A stretch of 63,188 bases of DNA, counting the filler, from Octopus bimaculoides (lineage: Eukaryota): assembly GCF_001194135.2 (NCBI RefSeq). It is 5 parts of 5 records of this genome, joined end to end, with 100 filler letters (N's around TTAATTAATTAA, not from the genome) between each part and the next. Parts side by side here need not be neighbours in the genome. Positions count along the whole stretch, not along the records: positions 21,508 to 42,816 come from NC_068982.1; 4 more parts are not named here. One strand, 5' to 3'. The notes beneath the pieces are model-generated. The model was not told the origin of the DNA. It saw only the letters and a list, made by a program, of their open reading frames with translations, and did no database searches. A program made the position numbers and the translations under genes. Numbering within the stretch: position 1 is the first letter of the stretch; the number at the start of each line of letters is the position of its first letter. Shown one piece after another: positions 26,709 through 40,588 of this stretch.

Positions 26709-27058
26709 CCTTTCTACTTTAGGCCCAAGACCTGAAATTTTTGGGGAGGGGATAAGTCGATTACATCTACCCAAGTACTTGACTGGTACTTAATTCATCG
26801 ATCCCACTACTTGACCCCGAAAGGATGAAAGGCACGGTCGATCTCAGCGGAATTTGAACTCAAAACGTAGCGGCAAGTGAAATGCCGCTAAGCATTTTGC
26901 CCGGCGAAGTAACGATTCTGCCAGTACGCAACTGGTACTTAATTTATCGATCTCGAAAGGATGAAAAGCAAAGTCGACCTCGGCGGAATTTGAACTCAGA
27001 ACGTAACGGCAGACGAAATACCACGAAGCATTTCGCTCAGCATGCTAACGATTCTGCT
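26709..27058 (-). mobile_element. SINE family A2 plus a second tandem head copy
   Basis: The GGATGAAAG...GAATTTGAACTCA..ACGTA.CGGCA block occurs twice (about 26820-26925 and 26955-27058). Confidence 0.75.
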
Positions 27059-30000
27059 TAATCAGGGAGATAATCTACAAGTAAATCCATGCGTTACTAC
27101 ACAGTATCGAAATGTTTTGCTGTGTTAGCCGACTTTCAAGTTTCACATAGTATGTCTAAATATATCTGTCTATAATTCTTATGCATTTTCAATACACTAT
27201 TTTGAATTAGCTTTAAATTAACACTAATTTGCAAAATTACTAGGTTGTCAAAATGTTCTGCAAAACATAATGGTCCTACGTCTTTTGTTTATGCTTTTTT
27301 TTTTGTTAAAACAAAAGTCAATGATAGATAACTGCCAAGAATAATTTTGCGTTCCTGTGTGACAAACTGGATACCAAATGATAATTCTATTGGAGATGTT
27401 AATACCATATAAGTTCAACCAGATGTTTTTGAATACTTTACTTGAAAAAATATTTTCGAGGATTCAAAACAATTAAAACAGTCATTACATATATATGTAT
27501 ATGAATCTTCCAACACTATAATCTATACGTGCATAACTAAAACTGAAATATTCTGTGAACCACAACTACACTCCAAAGAACTGGACTAATTCTTCACAGC
27601 TACAACTTTGAATATATATAAAAATGCATTATTATCTACCTGTCTCTCTATCTGTTAACCTGTCTGTCTGTTTGTCGGTCTATTTGCTTATTTTCATCAT
27701 TGTCATGTATGGCCGTGCACGCTTGTCCACCTGTTTATTTTTCTCTCCATCTGTGTATCTATCCATCTGTGCGTAAATATTTGTCCATCTGTCATCTGTC
27801 TGTCGGCCTGAAACTTATTGATTTTAACTATTCCTGTGGGTGTATCGAGCGTTGGGACATAATCTTCTGAGATGAATAGTTTTAGATACACTATAAGAAA
27901 GTGAAATCATTTGTGGTTTCCCTTCCAACGCACATAATCATCATCCTTGTCGTAGTTATCGTAGTCATCAACATCATCATTCAGTTCCAACTTGCACTTT
28001 TGTCAGGCTTGCCAGCATCTTTTCTTTTTCTCTATGAGATACTCCAAACCTAAATTATTTATTCGGACACTCCACATGTTGCATTTTATCATCAGTGTAC
28101 TAAATTCACGATCAGTATTGATACCATTGACCTTCATCACACTTTTGTCCATGGTTGTGGAAAGATGCCCAAAGTTCATCCATCCATGGATAACTTCTCA
28201 TATGAAGCCTTAAATGAGAACTTCTTCCAAATTGCCCATCATATGGACAATTCTGGGTGAGTCAGACAGTGTGCTCTAGCAACCGTCTTCCTGGAGTTTC
28301 GTTGATGCAACTATAGGTGATCACATAAATTTATTCATTGCACCAAGCTGACCTTGAAGGCGATCCAGAGCATCAAAGTAAAGCAACCATCGAGTAACTT
28401 GATCGTAAACTTAGTGGAGATTAAAGTTTCACACTTGAATGAGGGTTTTTCTCGACTGCTGCCATTGAAATTATATGAATATAACCATGTGTACATTAAT
28501 TTATATGAATATTATATGAATATGCAAATATAGATAAATATAGTAGCTTATTTCTTTTATATAATATATAACAATTTAATTATGGCGTTCTCATAGAGGA
28601 AAGGGCAAGATGCTGGTGAGCTGAGACCACGCTCCTGGCTCCATCCCCAGAGGAAAAAAATTACTTTAAACTGTGGTTTAGGGATAAAGTGTCCGGCACA
28701 TGGTTATGATAAGATCGTAATTTCAGTTCTTGAACCAGGAAGGGTGTTGTATCCTTGAGTAAGCTATTTCATTTTATGTTCCTTCAGTTAATTCAGCTGT
28801 AAATGAGTCCAAACAAGAGTGCTGGCGCAGCTCTATCCACCTCCAGCTACCACATTCTGGATGTACTACTGGGTGAAGGATGAAAGGGCCTAGAGAGTAT
28901 CTGCTCGCGAAATCCTGATACATGTTACTGAACCTTTCTTGCTTGCGAGTGGCGACCGGTTGTACGACGTTCGTTAATGCACTTCAATGAATCAGGATCA
29001 TTACCGAATTTTTACATGCCTCCTACACATTTGTATTTTTGTATTTAAATAATATATCAATGAAAAGTATAGTTCTCATATAATTGTAATTTTTAAATTA
29101 GAAAATACAAATATAGAATAGAAAGAAGTAATAAAAAAGAAGTGGAACATTCAGGTAGAATCAAATTAGTATAATATATTCTGCACTAGCTAGCATCGTT
29201 TCTCTAACTTAAAATCACTGAGTAAATACTGCACTTTTATTTATTTATTTTCAATTTTATTTTAATTTTCTTATTCTTAAATAGTTTTTCCATGTTAAAT
29301 TTGTTATGGAAATCTATTATTCAAACAGGAAATGAAAGAATGTAGAGTAATTAACAAAACAATATGCTTGTAACAAAGAATAAAGTAAAGAGATATGGGA
29401 CGAAATAATAACGACGGAAATAAAGAATAAAAAAAAATGAATGATAAATAGAAGAAAAATCAAGGCTGATAGAAAAATCATAAGGATTGACAGGAAAAAG
29501 GAACAAAATGAAAATCAACAAATAAACGGGTAAAATGATAGGTGGTCAAGCAGATAGATAACGAAATAATCTGATAATTGTAAAGGATGACTACATAGAT
29601 ACGTTGTGAGATAGACAAATAGTTACATAGATACATAAACAAATAGTTTACTCGTACGTGCAGAGGTTAATAACAGCAGAGTGACAGATATAGTCATACA
29701 TATGGCAGAGTATACTTCTTTCCATAAGGTACAAGAATCTTCATCTTTTCTAGATATTTGAAATATTAACTAATTATGATTGAAAATCTCTATTTCTCGT
29801 CAAAGTTCAAGTAGTTTTTGTATCGGTCCCCGAACTTTTCCATACCCAAACGCCTGTTCCCCTCTTGTACGGAATTGTGGACATCCATATCTTCACGGCA
29901 CTGTCTTATTCTCGTTTTAGATTTTTCTTGGGTCTATTCCTTCTATTTCACATACCTACGTTACCAACACAGACACCATAAATTTTGCTCTAACTGCAGC

Positions 30001-30899
30001 CACTAATTACGAGAGTAACATGCTCGACGCACCGACTCTTTAAACAATTATGAGCCTTCTAATTTTCAAATGTGCTTATAACGCCTCCGTTGATTATATA
30101 CTATTAAATCTAGTTATCTCAGGATTATGTTATGTCTCTTACACCCTCTCTGTTCTTTTCGCACGACCTAGTCGCTCTTGTTCTGGCTATGCGGTATCCT
30201 TTACAAATTATACTATATTATCCACATTGTTGACATTTCGTACACGAGCGTGGTTTACACGTAATCTATACACCTGGCATTAGGCATGAATACCTTCCAG
30301 GAAGAAAGGCCACCAAAACATCCTTCGACGGAATACAGCTTTGTTTCAGTTCGAAAACGCAGCCACTACAGTTACAGCAAGGAAACAACGTTATCACAAA
30401 TCATGTTCAACTGAGTAGAACCTTACAAATGCGTTATTAAAAGCTTGGCTTCATCTTATGTCTCTGATGACGTCTCATGATAACCATATATCTATATTAT
30501 AGCCAAAGCCACTTCTGAAAGACTAGCTTTTCTCTTTATCGCTGCAAAATATTGAATTGTCTGCAAGACGCAAGTATAACCATGGTAGAATACTGCTTAT
30601 ATATTAGTAACAGAAAAACTGTTACACACGCGCACGCGTTCTTACACGTACCTTCGATCAAGTTCTAAAACAATTTAATTGTAACCACAACTACAAGTTC
30701 GCAGATATGCTGTTCTTTAACTGTCTCTTTTATCGTTAGTACAAAGGTTCTGATTTCTTTGATTTCACAAATGCCGTATTTGTATTTATCTCCTTCAAAC
30801 ATAATTCCCGTCTGTATCTCAGTTCATAACGTTACACCATTTCACCCATAATTTTATGGCTCCAGTTCTAAGTCTCTAGAAATCTATCCCTACCCACAT

Positions 30900-31265
30900 T
30901 GTTGTTGTTGGAACTCCGTCGCTTACGACGTCGAGGGTTCCAGTTGATCCGATCAACGGAACAGCCTGCTCGTGAAATTAACGTGCATGTGGCTGAGCAC
31001 TCCACAGACACGTGTACCCTTAACGTAGTTCTCGAGGATATTCAGCGTGACAGTGTGACAAGGCTGACCCTTTGAATTACAGGCACAACAGAAAAGTTGT
31101 AGTGAAAGAGTACAGCAGGGTTCGCCACCATCCCCTACCGGAGACCTCGTGGAGCTTTAAGTGTTTTCGCTCAATAAACACTCACAACGCCCGGTCTGGG
31201 AATCGAAACCGCAATCCTATGACCGCGAGTCCGCTGCCCTAACCACTGGGCCATTGCGCCTCCAC
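30900..31265 (-). mobile_element. tRNA-head SINE family D2, full length, with (AAC)n tail and 13-bp TSD
   Basis: Perfect TSD TCCCTACCCACAT at 30887-30899 and 31266-31278. Head GGCGCAATGGCCCAGTGGTTAGG...GTTTCGATTCCC carries A- and B-box-like motifs. Confidence 0.9.
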
Positions 31266-31778
31266 TCCCTACCCACATATGTCTTGTTTAACCATAAGTC
31301 AACTCAGCTTAATCCAGATCCAGTAAATCTATAATATAGACAATCAAGTTATAATCATTCTGTAGTTTATAATAGATGTAGGACTACGTATTTCAGCACG
31401 CACTTTCCTTATTCAAGATGATGGGTGGGTTGGTGTCATCTAAGAATGATTTGGTTACTATAACTACCAGTGAGAACGACTACATAGAGGATCCATTGTT
31501 AGCTCGTACCTACTCACGTTTTATTACAGATGTTAGCCGAAAGAAATTAAAGGTTGTGAGAGATGTTATTTACTTTTTAAATCAGTGTATACAAAATATT
31601 TGTATCTTGTTGAATTAATGGAGCAAACAATGTTTGTCATGCAGCTGTAGGTCACCTTTATGTCGTTTTCTTTAAACAGCAGGTAGAATTTATGGTCGTT
31701 CGCTAAATACTCTGTTGAGTTACTAAGTTACTTTCAAATTTACGTTTCTGAACCAAAAACAACAAAGAACTACACACA

Positions 31779-31809
<31 letters not shown>

Positions 31810-32771
31810 NNNNNNNNNNNNNNNNNNNNNNNNNNNNNNNNNNNNNNNNNNNNNNNNNNNNNNNNNNNNNNNNNNNNNNNNNNNNNNNNNNNNNNNNNNN
31901 NNNNNNNNNNNNNNNNNNNNNNNNNNNNNNNNNNNNNNNNNNNNNNNNNNNNNNNNNNNNNNNNNNNNNNNNNNNNNNNNNNNNNNNNNNNNNNNNNNNN
32001 NNNNNNNNNNNNNNNNNNNNNNNNNNNNNNNNNNNNNNNNNNNNNNNNNNNNNNNNNNNNNNNNNNNNNNNNNNNNNNNNNNNNNNNNNNNNNNNNNNNN
32101 NNNNNNNNNNNNNNNNNNNNNNNNNNNNNNNNNNNNNNNNNNNNNNNNNNNNNNNNNNNNNNNNNNNNNNNNNNNNNNNNNNNNNNNNNNNNNNNNNNNN
32201 NNNNNNNNNNNNNNNNNNNNNNNNNNNNNNNNNNNNNNNNNNNNNNNNNNNNNNNNNNNNNNNNNNNNNNNNNNNNNNNNNNNNNNNNNNNNNNNNNNNN
32301 NNNNNNNNNNNNNNNNNNNNNNNNNNNNNNNNNNNNNNNNNNNNNNNNNNNNNNNNNNNNNNNNNNNNNNNNNNNNNNNNNNNNNNNNNNNNNNNNNNNN
32401 NNNNNNNNNNNNNNNNNNNNNNNNNNNNNNNNNNNNNNNNNNNNNNNNNNNNNNNNNNNNNNNNNNNNNNNNNNNNNNNNNNNNNNNNNNNNNNNNNNNN
32501 NNNNNNNNNNNNNNNNNNNNNNNNNNNNNNNNNNNNNNNNNNNNNNNNNNNNNNNNNNNNNNNNNNNNNNNNNNNNNNNNNNNNNNNNNNNNNNNNNNNN
32601 NNNNNNNNNNNNNNNNNNNNNNNNNNNNNNNNNNNNNNNNNNNNNNNNNNNNNNNNNNNNNNNNNNNNNNNNNNNNNNNNNNNCTTTTGACTAACCGAAA
32701 ATGGGAGAATTTATTGTGGTTTTTAATGGTAAGAGAGTGTCTGTTGGCATATGAACGTGAATATATATGTA

Positions 32772-33151
32772 TACTCTCTTTTACTTGCTTCCGTCATTTG
32801 ACTGCGGCCATGCTGGAGCACCGCCTTTAGTCGAAGAAATCGACCCCAAGACTTATTCTTTGTAAGCCTAGTACTTATTCTATTGGTCTCTTTTGCCGAA
32901 CCGCTAAGTGACGGGGACGAAAACACACCAACATCAGTTGTCAAGCGATGTTGGGAGACAAACACAGACACACACACACACACACACACATATATGCGAC
33001 GGGCTTCTTTCAGTTTCCGTCTACCAAATCCACTCACAAGGCTTTGGTCGGCCCGAAGCTATAGTAGAAGACACTTGCCCAAAGTGCCACGCAGTGGGAC
33101 TGAACCCGGAACCATGTGGTTGGTAAGCAAGCTACTTACCACACAGCCACT
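32772..33151 (-). mobile_element. CORE-like SINE family B, full length, with internal (TG)n
   Basis: Head AGTGGCTGTGTGGTAAGTAG...GGTTCAGTCCC, CORE-like GCAC(C/T)TTGGGCAAGTG, internal (TG)n, then a 3' body ending GTCAAATGAC.GAA.CAAGTAAAAGAGAGTA. Confidence 0.85.
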
Positions 33152-33469
33152 ATTGATTTCTCACATTAAAACAGCATCACGCATATAGAAATGAAATGAA
33201 TTCGATTTGTTTGTACCCAGTACATTACTGCTACATTATTTGTTAGTTTTGGAAGACGAAAGGATTTCAGATTAACGCAAAAAGACATGACTAAATACCG
33301 CAATGGAAATAGCAGGTGTGATATTTGTAGTTTTCCAAATAACATTTGCAAGTTCCTAATGGCGACAAGTACAATATAAAGTTAGAGAAAGACTGGAGAA
33401 TATTAAGAAGTAGGAAGAGATATTTGGTTTGCTTATCTGAAATTTTCTATTATTGTAACATATACCATA

Positions 33470-35450
33470 CGACAGTGAATCAGCCGCGCCCAAACACTGT
33501 CACTTAACTGACTACATCATTTGTACTCAGGATGATCTGCGTGACATATGTTTGGCCAAGTCTATGTGTGGTGCTGATTACTAGATCGACTACCGCCTAT
33601 TGATAGTCAAATGTAAACACGAAATAAAGAAGGGTAGACGACATCAAGGCAAATCAACGAAATCTACCCTGAATCTCAAAAAGGATATGTATACTAAACT
33701 TGAAGATACATTAACCCACTCGTTAGAGACAATGGACGACACAGACCTCTCCATTCAGCATAAATGGATCAAATTCCGAGACACTATCTATGTATCCTCA
33801 CTCGATGTCTTAGAGAAAATAGAACGCAAACACGAAAACTGTTTTGATGAGGGTGATGATAAAATAAATGAATTGTTAAACAAAAAGAATCAATTGCATG
33901 AACATTTTCTTGCAAATAATACACAAGGAGCTGAATCATTACATAGGAATTGCTGTTGTTTACTGCAGAAAAAAACTCAGCACTATGGGAAACGAGTGGT
34001 TTTAGCAACGAGCTAGGCAAATGCACAACCTGGTTGAGATGAGACATTAAAGACCTATAAAGTAATCCACAAAAACGAGAACTGTTTCCTTGCTCAGCTC
34101 TGGTGGTTTGTCTCTGTTGACAGAGAAATCATTAATGCTACAGCGATGGGCAGATGACTTTGACTGTTTTAAATATCCCTTCATATAAATGTAGAGGCAA
34201 TACACCGTCTACCTCAAGTGCCCCACAAAGTATCAATTGAGTGATCCATCTTTATACTTGGTGAAATTCAATTGGCTATCAAATTAATAGCCAACGATAA
34301 CGTCTCCGGATCTGGCGCAATTCCTGCTGAGATCTATGAATATGGTAAACGGAGAATATAGGAAAATCTACTCGCCCTGTTTACTACAATGTGGGAGCAC
34401 GAACTAATTCCACAAGAATTCAAAGATATCTGCATTGTACACCTCCATGAAATAAAAGGAAAGCATCCAACAGTGTGACAACATAGGGGCATATAACTCA
34501 TGTCATTTGTTGAAAAAATCCCAGTATGGATCATGCTTAGTCGGCTCATAAAATATCCTGAGTCTGAGCTTCTTCCTGAGAGTCAGTGTGGCCTACGAAA
34601 ATCTCGCAGCACCATGGACTCGATCCTTGCTATGAGACAGCTTCAGGAAAAATGTTAGGAACAAAATCAAGACCTGTACACTGTATTCATCGACATAACC
34701 AAGGCGTTTGATACTGTAAGCAGACAAGACCTATGGAAGATAATGAAGAAATTTGGTTTCCCAGAGAAGTTCATTAACATGACGCATCAATTTCACAGTT
34801 TCACGATAGCATGCAAGCTCACTCATCAGCTTGATGTTTAGCACAGTGCTTCACAATGCATTCTCCTGTGAAACACCTGGTAGCCAAATTAAATACTAAT
34901 ACGCTGGTGGTCTTTTTAACATCAGCCGTCTAAAAGCAAATACATCAAGTGGCAGGATAAAATTCTAAATACAACTGAATTCGCGAGAGCTACTATATCA
35001 TATATATAATATATGCTTTCTTAGGCAAATTCCAGGATCGGTGGAGTGCACATGTAGCGTGTATTTCCGACTCTAAAATCTCTAAACTGATCTTTGGTGA
35101 ACTGGCAGTTGGCTCTTGGTCACGTAGTAGCCCAAACAAGGGATACAAGGACATTCTCATGATAACCTTAAAAAAGTATAGCTTAAAGTAGGAGTATCTT
35201 GTTCAAGATCGCACTCTGTAGTATTGTGCTTTGTACTCTGGAGTACAGTACTCTGCTTCTGATATAACCAGAGGAGGTAAAAAGAGGAGGGCTGCACGGA
35301 AAGCAAGAGTCTCTCCGGGTCCTGGATCTACTATTACCTGCTTCCATTGTAACCACAAATTCCATGCTAAAATTGGTCTAATAAGCCTATGGATCCATAA
35401 ATTGTAGAGCTGATCACCTGGACATCTTCAGATAGATGAAGACCGAATCT
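33470..35450 (+). mobile_element. RTE-clade (BovB-like) LINE, decayed and internally deleted
   Basis: End of the APE domain (HLTDYII, GAD), IPAEIYEYG, LLPESQCGLRKSRSTMDSILAMRQLQEKC*EQNQDLYTVFIDITKAFDTVSRQDLWKIMKKFGFPEKF, IFGEL, and a C-terminal CFHC..KFHAKIGLIS zinc-finger-like motif. Multiple stops. Confidence 0.88.
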
Positions 35451-36971
35451 AATAATTTTATCAACTCTGGAAAAGAAATCAAAGTCGGGCTTCGAAAAGT
35501 CTGAACGCGGAATCAAGTGAGAATTTTTTAATTAGTTGCGTTACTGTCCCGGCCATGTTTACAGATATCTACAAATTTAATATATTGGAATAAATTACTA
35601 TATATGTATGTGTTGTGTTGTGTGCGTGTTTGTCTTATAAAACAGTTACTACGACAGGCAGACAGATACACACATACCAACATGCTCACACACTTTACAC
35701 ATCCTATTCAAAACAATTCAAGGCTGACACACTATAATCACCTTATTGAATAGAACACAATAAAATAATACTTAAAATAAAAACACAGTAAGCGGAGGTA
35801 TTGATGCAGAATCTTTTTTTAAAAACCAAATCTTTTGAAGTTTTGATCTTATATAATGGTAGTATGAGAATTTAAAGTGATAGAACGATTTTATTGCACA
35901 CAGATGATGTTTGTAAATCGATAACTATCGCTATTTCGCTCTTTCTCCTAGTTTTCTGATGCCATATTTGTGAGAATGTACATGCTTATTTTCCTGATAG
36001 TAAATATGCTGGTTCCTTCAATAAATAATTTATATTCATTTGAAAAATTAGTATTCAGAAATAACATTAATATATCACATCTAAAACGGACACGTTTAAA
36101 ATGGGGTAAAATAGCAGTTTTGATACTTTGTCGTAAATATATGCATTAATCTTGAAACTATAAATATTTTTCTCTTAAAGATTGAAATATATTATCGAAT
36201 GTCATTTTCTGGATTTCAGTGTATAATTTCAATAAGTTACTGCAGCGAGTACTGCAAGACTGAATGTAACCCCTCAGTGACTCAATCACGCGATCGGATA
36301 TTGATTCTTGTTGAAATCATTTCATTTGACTTACACCTCCTAAATCTCTAAGGAAAGGCATCTGTACCACAAATCATCATTTCCTCTTTATATATTTTGG
36401 GATATGTGCTAAGTCACCATAAACTAATTGATGTAGATCGCTACACTACAGTGTTAATTTGCTGAACTTGTTAGATTATAGTGGACAGCTCGATGGTTCA
36501 AATTTGATAGAATGCTAATACTTATAAAAATAAAAGGTTTTTGCTCCGGTCTTTACCCCAATATTCGAGAACTTATCAGGTTTTTCCCTTGATGACACTG
36601 TCACTACACATATATGAAGATGACAAGTGAATCTAACGATTCGATCTTGATTTGCAAAAATGTTAAAATAAATTTTGTTTTTTAAACAGAAGTTTGGTCT
36701 TTTTTGATGCAGCAATCAAATGTGGAAGCTGCATATGCTGTCACTTCAATGTTTTTCTGAAGAAATCGATCATAGATCAAAACAAACATCACTACATGAA
36801 ATTACAGGTCAAAAAGTAACTCAATCGATGAACTTAATTTTACAGCTATCAAATGATGGTGCAATTACTCAATCTACTAGAAATAACGAGAAATCCCTCA
36901 AATTACACCCTACCGTCTTAGAAAAGAGAAGGATACATTGAACAAAGTAGTCCTACACACATGCAAACGCG

Positions 36972-37048
<77 letters not shown>

Positions 37049-38559
37049 CGAGACGGTTGACTTTAATCATAGGAAAATTCGATCAGATTCGACTTGAGGT
37101 TAAACAACAATAACAAAAGCGTCAAAACAGCAACACTAGAATTATTGGGATAGATCTAACTAAAAGAGACTGTCGCGTGAATTCTACTATTATAGTTCAT
37201 ATATTTAGGAAGACTTGAACCAAATTATGTAATCCAACTAAACTAAATCATATAGTGTTCAAGTTATCTTTAATGGCAAGCTACATACTTCGTGAAATAA
37301 TCCTAAGATTTCTTCCAACTTAATAATCAGAGATAACATCAGTTCTTCCTTAACTGTGTCTTCTGTATAGTGCGAAAATACAGCGATGTATCAAGTAAAT
37401 GTCCAATTTCAGAAGATTTCTTTTAAAAATAATGGTTTTAATTTAGGCACAAGGCCGGAAATGCTATGTGGTGACCATAGCATGGACTCGTACTTTATTT
37501 ATCCGCGAAACTATTATAGACAAAGATGACCGCGGCCAGAACAAACTCCAAAAGGCATTTTTCCGATACTTCAGCGATCCTGTACAGTACTGGTGGCAAT
37601 CATCTTGTGAATTGATGTAATTGTAGATACTCGCGTTTACAGCTCTAAATGGGTAGTTAAAAAAACTAATTACAATATACAAACAAGGTGTTATAAATCC
37701 ATACAGGTCTTTGTGTTTCCTTGGTGGAAGCAACCCAAGATACTGGCAGCATTACCACGAACTATCGTGTGGCTGAAACGCATGGACCAATCACGCATCA
37801 CCTGATATTTCGATGAAAGAAGACGCCAAAGAGTCAAGAATCTCGTGGTTAGTAGCCCGGCTCCATCAAACGCCTCAATATTACGCCTTTACTTCATGGT
37901 GCTTATTTATATTTAAGTAACAGAGTTAGTGAGAGTTAAATTTCCTGAAATAGCTTAACAGTGGTGTCAGAGTAGGAACAAAACCGTTTGAATGCTAGTC
38001 TGGTAATTTATCGATTTGGGAAAATGCTATTTCATTATTCAACCGAAAAGGAACGAACGAAATCAACAAACAACTAATCAACGAATGCCCAAAACAACAA
38101 CTGAACTAAATAACCAATCCAAACAATAAATCTGACTACGAAAATATCGTTAAACCATATAAATAGCAACCACAAACACTTATGCCCTCACCACAAAAGA
38201 ATAATGGGAAGTAACTAAATTCCCTGTCACAAACACAGAGTAATGAGAAAGATCAACGTTTCTCATAAAAATGAGGCAACAGTAGAGTCTAACAACATTC
38301 CTAAGTTGGCAGTCAGCATTTCTGCACCAAATATCGATTGATTTCTTTTGCAGATGTCATTATCGCATGGAATATATCTGAGAGAGCTAAAAGAGACAAC
38401 ATAAATGGTTCAATGTGCCTTAGTTATTCACCCGGAGCCGCATATGTCTGAAAATATTTAAACATTGATATATTGTCATTTAGTGTTCTACATGTTATAC
38501 GCTATCTGTGTGCGCGCGCGCATCTGTAGACCATTCTAATTTTCTCTAATATACATACG

Positions 38560-39465
38560 TTGCAAAGATAGTCTGGAACTCGACTGGGGAAAGAAAACTC
38601 CGAATGACCCAACCTTGTTTTTCTTGTCCCTTTTTTGTATCATCTGTCTGGATATTTTGCGTTCTTGTCCCATTTTTTGTATTCCTTTTTACATACATAT
38701 GGCGACGTACGTACACTTTGGTCTCTTATATGTAAGTACACACACATACACACACATATATATATAAATTTTGTACGACTCTTATTCTTTCATTCTTTCT
38801 TTCTTTCTAACAGCCCCTTCACACTTACTTCGTTCTTTCCACTCTTCTTTCTTTCGTTACCTTCTTTCACATTTCCTGGCTTTCTCTTCATTCTCACCTT
38901 CCTTCCTCTTTCGCTTCACTCTGTCCCTTTTCTTTTTTTTCTCGTCCCTCCCTAATTCTTCTATCCCTCTGCCTTTACCTCTCTCCTCTCTCTCCACGTG
39001 ACCGGTGTTCGGCCAAGCCTGACCTTTCTTTTTTGGTTCGACTACCGTGCAACATCTATATTCCTCCCCATGCCTGTCATCTCTTATGTCCCTTCTGTAA
39101 GGCTTCACTTCCACACACGAAAGCTTAATTTAATTCGTCCTTAGTCGAAAGGTACCTGTTGTTAATGTCCTGTTACTTGCATTTGTATTTGTGTACTATT
39201 TCTCCGTTTTTCCCGTCCTTGTTTTCGTATACATTCGCTGCTTTCTTCCAAGGAATCTAGTACTATTAGCCTAGTTTTTGCCTTTGGGGTGGCCATATTG
39301 GAGCAATCTCGAATATAACCAGTCGAAATTGCAAAGATAATCTGGAACTCGACTGAGGAAAGAAAACTCCGAATGACCCGTCCTTGTTTTTTCTTGTCCC
39401 TTTTTTGTATCATCTAACTGTCTGGATGTTTTGCATTCTTGTCCCATTCTTTGTATTCCTTTATA
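38560..39465 (+). repeat. Dispersed repeat, two copies (about 38560-38700 and 39328-39465)
   Basis: TTGCAAAGATA.TCTGGAACTCGACTG.GGAAAGAAAACTCCGAATGACCC...CTTGTCCCATT shared by both copies. Confidence 0.75.
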
Positions 39466-39934
39466 TATATATATATATATCATAGTGCATAAGCTTTTAT
39501 ACATGGTTGTGTGTGTGTATATGTGTGTGTGTCTGTGTACACTCGCACAGAGTGTGATAGAATAAATCGCCCATATTTTGCACGGTCATTAGTTAAGAAG
39601 GTGATAGCAGTAAAAAGTATTTTATTGTTTTTCTATCAGTTACCAGCATGGTTTCAACCGCTGCACACCGCACGTCGTGCTTTTACGGTTGAAACGCTTA
39701 TCAAGAAGAGTGAAGCTGAGATTTTTATGTGCATGTACACACACACACGCACGCACACACACGCACAAACACATATATATATACCATGATGGCTTGTTGC
39801 CAACTTGATGTGGCAATCCCTCATTCGATATTTACCAAACTCAGCTATTGTGCATGATATGCGAGGAATGTGCTTGCCGTTGATTATATACGGAATAAAA
39901 ATATTGACATCAATGACAACAGCAACAACACAAA

Positions 39935-40225
39935 ACATGGGTACAAAGTATAGTCTAGACAAATCAATCAAATCCTTTACATGGATGATCTAAAACTTTT
40001 CACAGAAGATGATCAACAACTGGAACGGCTTTTAACTATAGTAAAACAGTTCAATGATGATATTGAAATGGAGTTTGACCTTGATAAATATGTTAAAGTC
40101 ACGCTCTTTAAAGCAAACTCCTGAAAACGAATGAGATACCGATAGACAACTCTATCATTCTATCATCATCTGAGTAAATTACATATATTTTGGTGTATGT
40201 GAAGGGGATGACTCACAAGTACACA
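39935..40225 (+). mobile_element. R4/Dong-like RT catalytic-core fragment
   Basis: GYKV*SRQINQILYMDDLKLFTEDDQQLERLLTIVKQFNDDIEMEFDLDK (YMDD at 39978-39989), later YIYFGVCEGD. Decayed. Confidence 0.75.
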
Positions 40226-40393
40226 AGAAAACACGGACATTTGTTTGAAAGTCTGAATGTTTTCTTGTAACTGGAAACTTGTTTTTAACTTAAAGGTCAG
40301 ATGTCATAAAGTATGATAAAAGAGTTCTAAAACAAACTAGACGTAGATTATTAAAAATAATAGAAGTAATAAAAATAATTACATTGATATGTC

Positions 40394-40588
40394 ACCGATG
40401 CTGGTGTGTTTACGTCCCCGTAATCTAGCGGTTCGGCAAAAAGAGACCGATAAAATAAGTACTAGGCTTACAAAGAATAAGTCCTGGGGTCGATTTTCTC
40501 GACTATAGGCGGTGCTCCAGCATGGCCGCAGTCAAATGACTGAAACAAGTAAAAGAGTAAAAGAGTAAAAGAGTAAGAGTAAAGAGTA
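40394..40588 (+). mobile_element. SINE family B 3' half with (AAAAGAGT)n tail
   Basis: Reverse complement of about 32772-32940, ending AAGTAAAAGAGTAAAAGAGTAAAAGAGTAAGAGT. Confidence 0.85.

Noticed and set aside
29815-30040. Possible minus-strand exon near a GTATGT donor-like site at about 29955
   Set aside because: No recognisable protein and no matching acceptor. Not supportable without transcript data.
31195-31265. tRNA-like sequence with A and B boxes
   Set aside because: It is the head of a TSD-flanked SINE and I could not fold a full cloverleaf. No true tRNA gene is called anywhere in the window.
39085-39130. CTGTAAG...CGAAAGCTT with palindromic AGCT
   Set aside because: Core is non-canonical and no stem II forms.
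39349-39380. CTGAGGA...CCGAATGAC in the duplicated repeat
   Set aside because: Lacks GAAA, and the sister copy at about 38583 reads CTGGGGA, so the core is not conserved.
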